Assembly: GCA_902478645.1 (NCBI GenBank)
Contig: CABSLV010000007.1
Span: forward strand, 5,504 to 69,503
DNA: 64,000 nucleotides
Direction: 5' to 3'
From: an uncultured Flavobacteriales bacterium
Lineage (GTDB): Bacteria > Bacteroidota > Bacteroidia > Flavobacteriales > UBA1820
Positions 41,377 through 51,147 of this stretch are shown piece after piece. The position numbers and the translations under genes were made by a program. How positions within the stretch are numbered: the first letter of the stretch is position 1; each line of letters starts with the position of its first letter. The notes beneath the pieces are model-generated. The model was not told the origin of the DNA, did not search any database, and saw only the letters and a program-made list of their open reading frames with translations.

Positions 41377-43155
41377 ATGGACATTCTTTCGGTACTCAAA
41401 GAAAACATAGCCGGGGTGTTGGATTCGCTCTACGGCCTCTCCGATGCCCGGATCGACCTCCAGGCTACCCGCGAAGAATTTGCCGGCGACGTAACCCTGC
41501 TGGTATTCCCCTACGCGAAGGCTTCGCACAAAGCCCCCGAAGAGACCGCCCGGGAGATCGGCGAAGCGCTGGTGCAGCGGATCCCCCACGTGGTGAGCGG
41601 ATTCAACGTCGTGAAAGGTTTCCTGAACATCGAACTCTCGCAGGATATTTTCGCCGACGAGTTTGCTGCAGCATATAGCACCAAGGACTTCGGATGCCGC
41701 CCCGCCGACCCGAAAGCGCCGGCGGTGATGGTGGAATACTCCTCGCCCAATACCAACAAACCCCTGCACCTGGGCCACATCCGCAACAACCTGCTGGGAT
41801 TTTCCGTCGCCCGCCTGCTGGAGGCTTCCGGAAAACGGGTGATCAAGACCCAGATCGTCAACGACCGAGGCATCCATATCTGCAAGTCGATGCTCGCCTG
41901 GCAACGGTTCGGCCACGGAGAGACCCCCGAAAGTTCCGGCATGAAAGGCGACCATCTGGTGGGAAAATACTACGTAGAATTCGACAAGGCTTACCGACAG
42001 GAAGTGGCCGAGCTGAAAAACCAGGGCATGGACGAGGATGAGGCCAAGAAAAAAGCCCCGCTGATGCTCGCCGCCCAAGACATGCTCCGCCGCTGGGAAG
42101 CCCGCGACCCCGAAGTGCGCGCCCTGTGGGAAATGATGAACGGCTGGGTGTTCGAAGGTTTTGCCCAGACGTACCGTCGGCTGGGTGTGGAGTTCGACAA
42201 GAACTACTACGAGAGCGACACCTACCTGCTCGGAAAGGACATCGTGGAGGAAGGATTGAACAAAGGCGTGTTCTACCGCCGGGACGACGGCTCGGTCTGG
42301 ATCGACCTGACAGCCGACGGACTGGACGAAAAACTGGTACTGCGCGCGGACGGAACGTCGGTGTACATCACCCAGGACATGGGTACGGCCGTTCGTCGGT
42401 TCGAGGAGTTCGACATCGACTCGCTCATCTACACCGTGGGCAACGAGCAGGACTACCATTTCAAGGTATTGTTCCTCACGCTCAAGAAACTGGGCTACCC
42501 CTGGGCCGACAAACTGTACCACCTTTCCTACGGCATGGTGGACCTGCCTTCGGGCAAAATGAAGTCCCGGGAAGGCACCGTGGTGGATGCCGACGACCTG
42601 ATGGACGACATGTACCGCACAGCCAAGGAAATCTCCGAGGAGTTGGGCAAACTGGACGGCCTCTCCGACCAGGAAAAAGACCACCTGTACCACATCATCG
42701 GCATGGGTGCGCTCAAGTATTTCCTGCTGAAGGTCGATCCCCGCAAGCGCATGATGTTCAACCCGCAGGAATCCATCGACTTCAACGGCAATACCGGCCC
42801 GTTCATCCAATACACCTACGCCCGGATCCAATCCATCAAACGCCGGGCGGGACAGTTGCCCGAAAAGCCGGAAAGACCCTCCAGTCTGCAGGATCGCGAA
42901 GTGGAACTAATCAAGAACATCGCCGAATTCCCCGCCCTGATCCAGAAGGCCGCCGCCGCACATTCGCCGGCACTGGTAGCCAACTATGTCTATGAACTGG
43001 TGAAAATGTACAACTCGTACTACCAGAACGTCCCGATGCTTTCGGCCGAAGACGCCTCGGTGCGTACCTTCCGCGTGCAGTTGTCCGACCTGGTGGGACG
43101 CGTGATCCGCACCGGCATGTACATCCTGGGCATCGAAGTTCCCGAGAGGATGTAA
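41377..43155 (+). CDS. argS: Arginyl-tRNA synthetase
   Basis: 592 aa; PNTNKPLHLGHIRN (HIGH) and GKMKSREG (KMSK-like); C-terminal anticodon-binding domain. Confidence 0.95.
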   Translation: MDILSVLKENIAGVLDSLYGLSDARIDLQATREEFAGDVTLLVFPYAKASHKAPEETAREIGEALVQRIPHVVSGFNVVKGFLNIELSQDIFADEFAAAYSTKDFGCRPADPKAPAVMVEYSSPNTNKPLHLGHIRNNLLGFSVARLLEASGKRVIKTQIVNDRGIHICKSMLAWQRFGHGETPESSGMKGDHLVGKYYVEFDKAYRQEVAELKNQGMDEDEAKKKAPLMLAAQDMLRRWEARDPEVRALWEMMNGWVFEGFAQTYRRLGVEFDKNYYESDTYLLGKDIVEEGLNKGVFYRRDDGSVWIDLTADGLDEKLVLRADGTSVYITQDMGTAVRRFEEFDIDSLIYTVGNEQDYHFKVLFLTLKKLGYPWADKLYHLSYGMVDLPSGKMKSREGTVVDADDLMDDMYRTAKEISEELGKLDGLSDQEKDHLYHIIGMGALKYFLLKVDPRKRMMFNPQESIDFNGNTGPFIQYTYARIQSIKRRAGQLPEKPERPSSLQDREVELIKNIAEFPALIQKAAAAHSPALVANYVYELVKMYNSYYQNVPMLSAEDASVRTFRVQLSDLVGRVIRTGMYILGIEVPERM

Positions 43156-43179
43156 GCCTCCTCCTGTTCTGACAAACCG

Positions 43180-43512
43180 ATGGAACACATCTACAACATC
43201 ACCGCCGCCGTCGATACGGCCATTGCCGCGCAATGGGTCGAGGAAGCCTGCGCATCGTTCCTTCCGGCCCTGGCAAAAGCGCCGGGCGTATCGGCGGTAG
43301 AACTCATCGAGGTACACTCGGATGACGCTCCGGCCGATACCCGCTCGTACACCGTACAAGTGCGCTTTTCCGGGAAAGACTCCCTCGAAGCCTTCCTGGG
43401 AGCCCTCGAACGCGAGGCCGAAAGCCGGCTTTTCGAGCGTTTCGGGCAGCGTTACCTCACCTTCCGCCTGCAACTCGACAGCCTGCACAAGATCGCCTCG
43501 GCCGAGGAATAA
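43180..43512 (+). CDS. DUF4286-family protein
   Basis: 110 aa; N-terminus MEHIYNITAAVDTAIAAQWVEE is typical of DUF4286; tightly follows argS. Confidence 0.6.
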   Translation: MEHIYNITAAVDTAIAAQWVEEACASFLPALAKAPGVSAVELIEVHSDDAPADTRSYTVQVRFSGKDSLEAFLGALEREAESRLFERFGQRYLTFRLQLDSLHKIASAEE

Positions 43513-43574
43513 CCGCTCCCGGACGTCCGCCGACAGACCCTCGGGACAGACCGCACAAAAAAACAGGAAACCCT

Positions 43575-44348
43575 GTGGAAAAAGTAAAAGCCAAAAAAGC
43601 CCTCGGGCAACATTTCCTCACCGACCGCTCCATCGCGCGGCGTATAGCCGATACGGTGGATGGCGCCCCCAACGGCAATGTGCTGGAAGTAGGGCCCGGG
43701 ATGGGTATCCTGACCGAATGCCTGCTGGAAAAAGGGTGCAATGTCCTGGCGGCCGAGATAGACTCCGAATCGGTGGAATATCTGCTGGGGCACTTCCCCG
43801 CACTGGAGGGACGGATCGTCCAGGGAGACTTTCTCAAGATGGACCTCTCGGGGCTTTTCGCAGGGGAAAACTTCACCCTGATCGGCAATTTCCCGTACAA
43901 CATCTCCTCGCAGATCATGTTCCGGGCCTTGGAGTACACCGACCGCATCCACCGCATCGGCGGGATGTTCCAGCGGGAAGTCGCCCAACGGCTCACCGCC
44001 CCTCCGGGGAGCAAAGTGTACGGCATCCTGTCGGTGCTACTGGACGTGTATTACCGTCCGGAGTACCTGTTCACCGTACCGGAAACCGTCTTCTCCCCTC
44101 CCCCGAAAGTGAAGTCGGGCGTCATTCGGCTGGAACGCCGGGAAGACATCCCGCAGGACTTCAAAGCGGAAGCCCTGCTGCGGGTGGTCAAGGCCGCTTT
44201 CAACCAGCGCCGCAAGACGCTGCGCAATGCGCTGCGCCCGCTGGGAATCCCGTCCGGACTGGCGGACCATCCGCTGCTGGACCGCAGGGCGGAACAGTTG
44301 TCCTCGGCGGAATTTTTGGACCTGAGCCGCTGGAAGTGGGGCAACTGA
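43575..44348 (+). CDS. rsmA: 16S rRNA (adenine1518/1519-N6)-dimethyltransferase
   Basis: 257 aa; KALGQHFL start block and SAM motif VLEVGPGMGILT. Confidence 0.95.
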   Translation: MEKVKAKKALGQHFLTDRSIARRIADTVDGAPNGNVLEVGPGMGILTECLLEKGCNVLAAEIDSESVEYLLGHFPALEGRIVQGDFLKMDLSGLFAGENFTLIGNFPYNISSQIMFRALEYTDRIHRIGGMFQREVAQRLTAPPGSKVYGILSVLLDVYYRPEYLFTVPETVFSPPPKVKSGVIRLERREDIPQDFKAEALLRVVKAAFNQRRKTLRNALRPLGIPSGLADHPLLDRRAEQLSSAEFLDLSRWKWGN

Positions 44349-44353
44349 AGTTT

Positions 44354-44389
44354 GCGGCCCTTGGGGCCGCAGCGCCGCTTTCGCGGCGC
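44354..44389 (+). terminator. Two short GC hairpins just after rsmA (possible terminator)
   Basis: GCGGCC ctt GGGCCGC and GCGCCGC tttc GCGGCGC; no immediate T-tract, so the call is weak. Confidence 0.3.
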
Positions 44390-44448
44390 ATGCTTGGGGA
44401 GCGAGCTTTTTTATTGCGGCAAATCGTTCTCGTGGAGGATTTTTTGCC

Positions 44449-44456
44449 TACCTTTG
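44449..44456 (+). promoter_or_regulatory. -7 box TACCTTTG upstream of pnp
   Basis: Matches TAnnTTTG; about 90 nt before the ATG at 44546. Confidence 0.4.
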
Positions 44457-44545
44457 CACGCAAAACATTTAAGGAGTAAATAATTAAGGCAGAACACCTG
44501 CCGCCCTTTCCAAGCGGGAAAGGGAACAAAAACCAAGAACGCACC

Positions 44546-46858
44546 ATGCAGGTTCCACAACCTCTTTCGCAGACCGTTACCCTCAAGGACGGTCGCACCA
44601 TCACCATCGAGACCGGTGTATGGGCCAAACAAGCCGCCGGAGCCGCTGTCGTACGGATGGGCGGCACGGTCGTGCTGGCCACCGTAACCACAGCCGATGA
44701 AGGCAAGGAAGGCGCCGATTTCCTTCCCCTGACCGTCGAGTACAAAGAATCGTTCACCGCAGCCGGCCGCTTCCCCGGCGGATTCATGAAACGCGAAATG
44801 CGCCCCAACGACGAAGAGATCCTCGTCGCCCGTCTGGTGGACCGCATCCTGCGCCCCATGTTCCCCTCGGACTACCACGCCGAGACGCAAGTCATCGTCC
44901 AGCTGCTCTCCTACGACGGACAAACCCAACCCGATTCGCTGGCCGGACTGGCCGCTTCGACGGCCATCGCCGTTTCGGACATCCCGTTCGAAGCGCCCAT
45001 CTCCGAAGTACGCGTAGCACGCATCGACGGACAGTTCGTGATCAACCCCACGCTGGATCAGATGGCCGATGCCGACATCGAACTGATGGTAGGTGCCACC
45101 GCCGATTCCATCGCGATGGTGGAAGGTGAGATGAAGTTCGTCTCCGAAGCCGAAATGATCGATGCCCTCAAGGCCGCCCACGAAGCTATCAAGGATCAGG
45201 TAGAGGCACAGAAAGCCCTCGCCGCCCAAGTGCCCAAAGCCGCTCAGAAACGCGTCTACTGCCACGAGACCAACGACGAGGAATTGCGCGAGAAAGTTCG
45301 CAAGGACACTTACGACAAGGTATATGCCGTAGCCAAAATGGGGCTGGGCAAACAGGAACGCAGCGAGAAATTCTCGGAAGTGATCGACGAATTCATCGCA
45401 GAGAATTTCCCCGAAGAAGGGATGGACAAGGACGAACGGGCACAGAAAGTCGCCTTGGCCAAACTGTATTACCACGATGTGGAGCGCGACGCCGTTCGCC
45501 GTCTTATCCTGGACGAAGGCATCCGTCTGGATGGCCGCAAGACCACCGAAATCCGCCCCATCTGGTGCGCAGTCAACGTGCTGCCCATGCCGCACGGATC
45601 GTCCATCTTCACCCGCGGCGAGACCCAGGCACTGGGTACGGTCGCCCTGGGAACGAGCCTCGACTCGAACGAAGTGGACGGAGTATCGTTCCGCTACAAA
45701 CAGAATTTCTACCTCCATTACAACTTCCCGCCCTATTCCACGGGTGAAACCAAACCCATGCGCGGCGTTTCGCGCCGGGAGATCGGCCACGGAAACCTCG
45801 CCTACCGGGCTCTGAAACAGGTCATCCCTGCCGACTGCCCCTATACGGTACGCGTGGTATCGAACGTACTGGAGTCCAACGGCTCCTCGTCGATGGCCAC
45901 CGTATGCGCAGGAACCCTCGCGCTGATGGATGCCGGTATTCAGATCTCGAAACCCGTTTCGGGTATCGCCATGGGTCTGATCACCGACGAACAGACCGGT
46001 CAGTACGCCGTGCTGTCGGATATCCTGGGCGACGAAGACCACCTGGGCGACATGGACTTCAAGGTAACCGGTACCGAAGACGGTATCACGGCTTGCCAGA
46101 TGGACATCAAGGTCAAGGGACTTTCGTACGAAGTGCTCACCAAAGCCCTGGCACAGGCTCGTGAAGGCCGCATGCACATCCTGGGCAAGATCAAGGAAGC
46201 CATTGCCGAGCCCCGTCCTACGGTCAAGGAACACGCACCGAAGATCATCACCATGGAAGTACCCAAAGATGCCATCGGAGGCATTATCGGCACGGGCGGC
46301 AAGGTTATCCAGCGCATCCAGGCCGAAACCGGCACGACTGTTACCATCGAAGAGGAAGGCAACGTGGGCAAGGTACAGATCCTCGGCACTTCGTCCAAGG
46401 GCATGGAAGATGCCGTCAATATGATCAAGCTCATCGCATACGACCCGCAGATCGGCGACGAATTCGATGTAACGGTAACCGAAGTGCGCGACTTCGGTGC
46501 CATCGTCGAACTGGGCCCCAACCGGGATGCGATGTTGCACATCTCGGAACTCGACTGGAAACGGGTGGACAACGCCGAAGCCTACGTACACGTAGGCGAT
46601 CGCATCCACGTACGCCTGATCGAAATAGACAAGGAAAAAGGCCGTCTGAAGGTATCCCTTCGCGCCCTGAAGGAAAAACCCGCCGACTGGGTCGATCGTC
46701 CGGCACGTCCGCGCGATGACCGTCGCGGAGGTCCTCGTGGCGGAGACGACCGCCGTCGCAATGCTCCTCGTGGTGGAGACGACCGTCGTCGCAACGCTCC
46801 CCGCGGTGGCGACCGCCGTCGCAGCGAAGGCCGCGACGAAACTTCCTCGGAAGAGTAA
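44546..46858 (+). CDS. pnp: Polynucleotide phosphorylase with a C-terminal Arg/Gly/Asp-rich repeat tail
   Basis: 770 aa; two RNase PH domains, KH ([15 protein letters not shown]), S1 ([20 protein letters not shown]), then about 60 extra residues of [11 protein letters not shown] repeats. Confidence 0.95.
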   Translation: MQVPQPLSQTVTLKDGRTITIETGVWAKQAAGAAVVRMGGTVVLATVTTADEGKEGADFLPLTVEYKESFTAAGRFPGGFMKREMRPNDEEILVARLVDRILRPMFPSDYHAETQVIVQLLSYDGQTQPDSLAGLAASTAIAVSDIPFEAPISEVRVARIDGQFVINPTLDQMADADIELMVGATADSIAMVEGEMKFVSEAEMIDALKAAHEAIKDQVEAQKALAAQVPKAAQKRVYCHETNDEELREKVRKDTYDKVYAVAKMGLGKQERSEKFSEVIDEFIAENFPEEGMDKDERAQKVALAKLYYHDVERDAVRRLILDEGIRLDGRKTTEIRPIWCAVNVLPMPHGSSIFTRGETQALGTVALGTSLDSNEVDGVSFRYKQNFYLHYNFPPYSTGETKPMRGVSRREIGHGNLAYRALKQVIPADCPYTVRVVSNVLESNGSSSMATVCAGTLALMDAGIQISKPVSGIAMGLITDEQTGQYAVLSDILGDEDHLGDMDFKVTGTEDGITACQMDIKVKGLSYEVLTKALAQAREGRMHILGKIKEAIAEPRPTVKEHAPKIITMEVPKDAIGGIIGTGGKVIQRIQAETGTTVTIEEEGNVGKVQILGTSSKGMEDAVNMIKLIAYDPQIGDEFDVTVTEVRDFGAIVELGPNRDAMLHISELDWKRVDNAEAYVHVGDRIHVRLIEIDKEKGRLKVSLRALKEKPADWVDRPARPRDDRRGGPRGGDDRRRNAPRGGDDRRRNAPRGGDRRRSEGRDETSSEE
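46736..46834 (+). repeat. 33-nt in-frame tandem repeat (about 3 units) encoding [11 protein letters not shown]
   Basis: Units at 46736..46768 and 46769..46801 differ at a few synonymous positions; a degenerate third unit follows. Confidence 0.85.
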
Positions 46859-46886
46859 AGAACATCACGTATCTTATGATACTTTG

Positions 46887-46923
46887 CAGGCGCATCCCTT
46901 TTGGGATGCGCCTGTTTGTTTTT
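46887..46923 (+). terminator. Intrinsic terminator of pnp
   Basis: CAGGCGCATCCC tttt GGGATGCGCCTG followed by TTTGTTTTTG. Confidence 0.85.
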
Positions 46924-46991
46924 GTCAAGAAAACGTACTGAAAAACCCTCAATGAAACACCCTGGAAAGGGGAATGCCTGCAAAAGGTCAT

Positions 46992-47035
46992 AAAAAATCC
47001 CCGCAAATCGTCGGATTTGCGGGGATCGTTTTTTT
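46992..47035. terminator. Bidirectional terminator adjacent to tRNA-Ser
   Basis: A6, ATCCCCGCAAATC gtcg GATTTGCGGGGAT, cgT7; lies 20 nt after the tRNA 3' end in minus sense. Confidence 0.8.
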
Positions 47036-47054
47036 CAGAACCAATCGGTTCTCC

Positions 47055-47142
<88 letters not shown>

Positions 47143-47215
47143 TATTCGAGGAGCAAAGGTAAAAATTATTTCGCGCGCACGCAAAAAATACGCCCCCTCT
47201 TTTTTCTTTCGGGAG

Positions 47216-47947
47216 TTAAAAGCCCCGCTCTTTCTTTATCCGCTCGTAGGCATCCTGGATCTCGATGAACTTCTCCTTGGCGATCTGCTGCTCCTCGGGC
47301 GGGTATTTCACCAGACGGTCGGGGTGATATTTTTTAGCCAAAATGCGGTACGATTGCTTGATCTCAGCCACGCTCGCTGTCGGACTGACCCCCAATACCT
47401 CGTACGGAGAGCGACCGGCCGAAGCCCCTTTCGGTACTCTCTGCTGCGAACCGGAACGCTGATACGCCCCTTGGGCAAAAGCCGAATAAATGTATTGAAA
47501 ATGCTGCTGCGCAACCCCCATCCAACCGGCAATCCGAGCCATCAGCCGTACCTCATCGTCGCTGATCTGCCCGTCGGAAGCTGCCACCTGGAAGAGAAAT
47601 ACCAGGATGCTCTGGCGGGATTGGTAACTGGTAGTAAACATCAGTTCCCGACAAATGTGTTCCAACGAATCCTTGTAGGTGAATGTCTTGTAGTTGGAAA
47701 AGGCTTTCTCGGCCCGAGCCTGTCCAAATTGGCCGATGAACTGCGTACGCACAAAACGGACCTCCTGGTCGCTGATCTTGCCGTCCGAACGGATCACCGC
47801 CGCTGCCAGGGCAAGGATACGCACGTCTATCTGGTCGTAGGTAAATCCGGCACCCACTCGGGACGAAAAACCCGACGAACCGGCCGAAGACCCCCGAAAC
47901 ATGAAATACAAAGCAATAACGAGAAGGAAAAGCCAAAAAGACAACAT
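47216..47947 (-). CDS. DjlA-like co-chaperone (N-terminal TM, TerB-like repeats, C-terminal J domain)
   Basis: 243 aa; [19 protein letters not shown]; DGKISDQEV and DGQISDDEV repeats; J domain SPYEVLGV...KKYHPDRL (HPD). Confidence 0.8.
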   Translation of the reverse strand: MLSFWLFLLVIALYFMFRGSSAGSSGFSSRVGAGFTYDQIDVRILALAAAVIRSDGKISDQEVRFVRTQFIGQFGQARAEKAFSNYKTFTYKDSLEHICRELMFTTSYQSRQSILVFLFQVAASDGQISDDEVRLMARIAGWMGVAQQHFQYIYSAFAQGAYQRSGSQQRVPKGASAGRSPYEVLGVSPTASVAEIKQSYRILAKKYHPDRLVKYPPEEQQIAKEKFIEIQDAYERIKKERGF

Positions 47948-48027
47948 AGTTCTGTTTCTTTGCAGAATGGTTTGGTTTGCGAGGACAAAAATACGCTTTT
48001 TGCCCTTTTATTTGGCCGCTGGCGCAC

Positions 48028-48067
48028 AAAAAAAGCAAAGGTGATAAATTTATCGCCTTTGCTTTTT
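48028..48067 (-). terminator. Second hairpin downstream of the nuo operon
   Basis: AAAAAGCAAAGG t GATAAATTTATC g CCTTTGCTTTTT; a palindrome flanked by A/T runs. Confidence 0.6.
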
Positions 48068-48100
48068 CGTGGACTCTGCGGGCTAAAAACAGCTTCTCGG

Positions 48101-48156
48101 GCGCGCAAGCAAAAAGGGGTCGGCCCATCAGGGCCAACCCCTTTTTGCTTGCGCGC
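48101..48156 (-). terminator. Terminator of the nuo operon (56-nt palindrome)
   Basis: GCGCGCAAGCAAAAAGGGGT c GGCCC atca GGGCC a ACCCCTTTTTGCTTGCGCGC (20+5 bp); starts 10 nt after the nuoN stop. Confidence 0.75.
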
Positions 48157-48165
48157 ATGCCCGAA

Positions 48166-49593
48166 TTACAGGATGCCGAAGCCCAGGGAACTGATCCCCG
48201 TATAGATGCAGCTAACGATCCCCGCCAGCAGCACACCGGCTATACAAACCACCAGGCTCAAAGCCATCGGGCTGTCGGAACGGAAATAAGGGATCGGATT
48301 TTCGTTTTTCTTGATAAACATCGCCTTGACTACCAGCAAATAGTAGTACAGAGAGATCACCGTGTTGATCAAAGCGATGAGCACCAGCACGTAATACCCT
48401 TGAGATGCGGCCGCTGCGAAGATAAAGAACTTCGAGAAGAACCCGGCAAAAGGCGGAATACCACCCAGGGAGAACAACGCCAGCATCATCACCACCGCCA
48501 GACGCGGATTGGTGGAGTACAACCCGTCGTAGTCCGAGATATTGACCTTGCCCGTGCGGGTATCGATGGCCGAGATCACACCGAAGGCTGCCATGTTGGA
48601 CAGGACATAGATCAGCACGTAGTACACCAGCGAAGCCATACCTTCCGCATTGCCGCCCATGATACCCAACATGATGTAACCGGCCTGCGAGATGGACGAG
48701 AAGGCAAAGAAACGCTTGATGTTATTCTGACGGATGGCAAACAGGTTGGCCACGGTAATGGTTACGATGATCAGCCCGTACATCAGGTCTTTCCAGATGT
48801 AAGCCAAGGGAGCGAACACCTTGAACAGCACCAGCATCAGCACAAAGGCAGCCGAGCCCTTCGATACGACCGAAAGATAAGCCGTGGTCGACGTCGGGGC
48901 ACCCTGGTAAACGTCGGCCGTCCACAAGTGGAAAGGCACCAGAGAGATCTTGAATCCCAACCCGGCCATGAAGAAGACCAGTCCGGCGATCTGCATGGCG
49001 GACATGTCGAGCAGGTAAGGCACATCGGCGAAGTAAAGCGTGCCGCACGTGCCGTAGATCATCGAGATACCGTAGAGCAACACCCCGGAGGAAAGAGCCG
49101 CCGTGAGGATGAACTTGGCACCGGCCTCGGCCGAATGATGTTTGTACTTGTCGAACGCTACCAGGCAGGCCAGCGGCACGGATGCCGTCTCCAGACCCAG
49201 GTAGAGCATCAGGAAGCTGCCCGAGGAGATCATGATGTACATGCCGAAAAGCGTAAAGAGCGTCAGCACGTAATACTCGCCCATCTTGTACTCGCTCTCC
49301 TGCTTTTTGAGCGACTCGCTCACCTGCAGGAACACCAGCAGCGTTCCCAGGCTCAGGATGGCCTTGACCAGCGTACCCATGCGGGTCGTCTGGAACATCC
49401 CACCGAAAAGTTCGCCTTCCGGCACGGGGAAAAAGCTGCCCGCTACGTGCAGGGCTACCAGCACGAAAGCGACCGTCTGGAAATATTTCCGCCCGGCGGG
49501 TCCGGCCACCAAGTCGTACACCAACAGGATGAGGGTTACCGCCAACAGCGAAATCTCGGGTCTGAGAAGCGTAAGTATGCTATTGAAATCCAT
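48166..49593 (-). CDS. nuoN: NADH-quinone oxidoreductase subunit N
   Basis: 475-aa polytopic antiporter-like subunit; last gene of the nuo cluster. Confidence 0.9.
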   Translation of the reverse strand: MDFNSILTLLRPEISLLAVTLILLVYDLVAGPAGRKYFQTVAFVLVALHVAGSFFPVPEGELFGGMFQTTRMGTLVKAILSLGTLLVFLQVSESLKKQESEYKMGEYYVLTLFTLFGMYIMISSGSFLMLYLGLETASVPLACLVAFDKYKHHSAEAGAKFILTAALSSGVLLYGISMIYGTCGTLYFADVPYLLDMSAMQIAGLVFFMAGLGFKISLVPFHLWTADVYQGAPTSTTAYLSVVSKGSAAFVLMLVLFKVFAPLAYIWKDLMYGLIIVTITVANLFAIRQNNIKRFFAFSSISQAGYIMLGIMGGNAEGMASLVYYVLIYVLSNMAAFGVISAIDTRTGKVNISDYDGLYSTNPRLAVVMMLALFSLGGIPPFAGFFSKFFIFAAAASQGYYVLVLIALINTVISLYYYLLVVKAMFIKKNENPIPYFRSDSPMALSLVVCIAGVLLAGIVSCIYTGISSLGFGIL

Positions 49594-49621
49594 TTGTATT
49601 TTCCGGTCTAATTATCCGCCT

Positions 49622-51115
49622 TTATTTTACCAACTGTCCGATGATCGGAGCCACACCTCCGTCTATCATGTTCGAGATCCACAACGGAGCCATACCGATG
49701 GCTGCGATCACCACGATGAGCGTGATCACCGGCAGACGCTCGTGCCAAACGGCATCCGTGAGGGTGAGGTGGTGTTTGTTCTCCACTTCCCCGTAGAGTA
49801 CCTTGCCCACCACGCGCAGGATGTACACCGCCGTAATGACGATCGAGCAGCACGCAATGGCCGTAAATACGCGGTGGAACATATCCGTGTGTTCCCACGA
49901 ACCTACGAAGATGGTCATCTCGGCCACAAATCCCGACAAGCCGGGAAGTCCGAGCGAAGCCAGACCCGCTATCACGTAGCACACCGCCAGGAAAGGCATC
50001 ACCTTCATCAGGCCGCTCATCTCCCGGATATCGCGCGTATGGGTACGTCCGTAGATCATTCCGATCAGGGCAAAGAAGAGAGCCGTCATCAGACCGTGCG
50101 AAAGCATCTGAAGCACGGCACCCGTCATGGCCGTCTGGTTGATCATCAGGATGGCGAAGAGCACCAAACCGCAGTGGCTCACCGAAGAGTAGGCGTTGAT
50201 GTACTTCAGGTCGGTCTGCATGATCGCACCGAATGCCCCGTACACCACACTGATACCCGTAAGGATGATAAAGATCCACGCCAGTTCGTTGGCTGCCTCG
50301 GGCATCAGGAACATCGCTACACGGAAGCAACCGTAACCACCCAGCTTCATCAGCACCCCGGCGTGCATCATCGACACGGCCGTCGGCGCGGAAGCATGAC
50401 CGTCAGGGCTCCATGTATGGAAGGGGAACATCGCTCCCAGCACCCCGAATCCTACGAAGGTCAGCGGGAAGAACAAGCGCTGAGCCGACATCGGGATCGT
50501 GTATTGCGATATTTCGAGGATGTTCATCGTGTATTGCCCTCCCTCGGGTGCGGAGTGGAAATAGATTCCCAGGATTCCCACCAGCAGGAACGCCGAACCA
50601 CCCATGAGCATCAGGGTAAGTTTCATCGCCGCGTACTCCTTGCCGCCCGAACCCCACAGACCGATCAGCAGGTACATCGGGATCAGCGCGATCTCGTAGA
50701 ACATGAACATCGTGAACAGGTCGATCGAGATAAAGAACCCGAACACGCCCAGCGAAAGGAGCACCAGCCACATGTAGTATTCCTTGGTCTGGTCCTTGAT
50801 GGTCCACGAGGCAAACACACCGGTGAAAAGGATGATGGCCGAAAGCATCAGCATGGCTACCGAAATGCCGTCCACTCCGATGGCGTAATGGATATTCAAC
50901 GGAGCGAACCACAGGATGCTGTCGGTGTACAACATCGGCGCATCGGCTCCCGCCGCCCGATCCGAGAGGAACGATACGGTCAGGTAAATGGCTGTCGCCA
51001 GCACGGCGCTGGCTCCCGTTACGGCCACCGCATGCACCTGTTTGATGCTGCGGCAAAACAACAGCGCCAGGAGCATCAATACCGGTATGACAACAAAAAG
51101 GGAAAGGAAATTCAT
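49622..51115 (-). CDS. nuoM: NADH-quinone oxidoreductase subunit M
   Basis: 497-aa antiporter-like subunit (FPFHTWSPDGHASAP block). Confidence 0.9.
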   Translation of the reverse strand: MNFLSLFVVIPVLMLLALLFCRSIKQVHAVAVTGASAVLATAIYLTVSFLSDRAAGADAPMLYTDSILWFAPLNIHYAIGVDGISVAMLMLSAIILFTGVFASWTIKDQTKEYYMWLVLLSLGVFGFFISIDLFTMFMFYEIALIPMYLLIGLWGSGGKEYAAMKLTLMLMGGSAFLLVGILGIYFHSAPEGGQYTMNILEISQYTIPMSAQRLFFPLTFVGFGVLGAMFPFHTWSPDGHASAPTAVSMMHAGVLMKLGGYGCFRVAMFLMPEAANELAWIFIILTGISVVYGAFGAIMQTDLKYINAYSSVSHCGLVLFAILMINQTAMTGAVLQMLSHGLMTALFFALIGMIYGRTHTRDIREMSGLMKVMPFLAVCYVIAGLASLGLPGLSGFVAEMTIFVGSWEHTDMFHRVFTAIACCSIVITAVYILRVVGKVLYGEVENKHHLTLTDAVWHERLPVITLIVVIAAIGMAPLWISNMIDGGVAPIIGQLVK

Positions 51116-51147
51116 AGTATTTCTTTTTTATCCGATTCTCAATTCCG

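Noticed and set aside
44504-44524. Hairpin CCCTTTCC aagcg GGAAAGGG in the pnp 5' leader, by analogy with the RNase III autoregulatory hairpin of E. coli pnp.
   Set aside because: It has only 8 bp and there is no supporting evidence; it is too small to claim a regulatory element.
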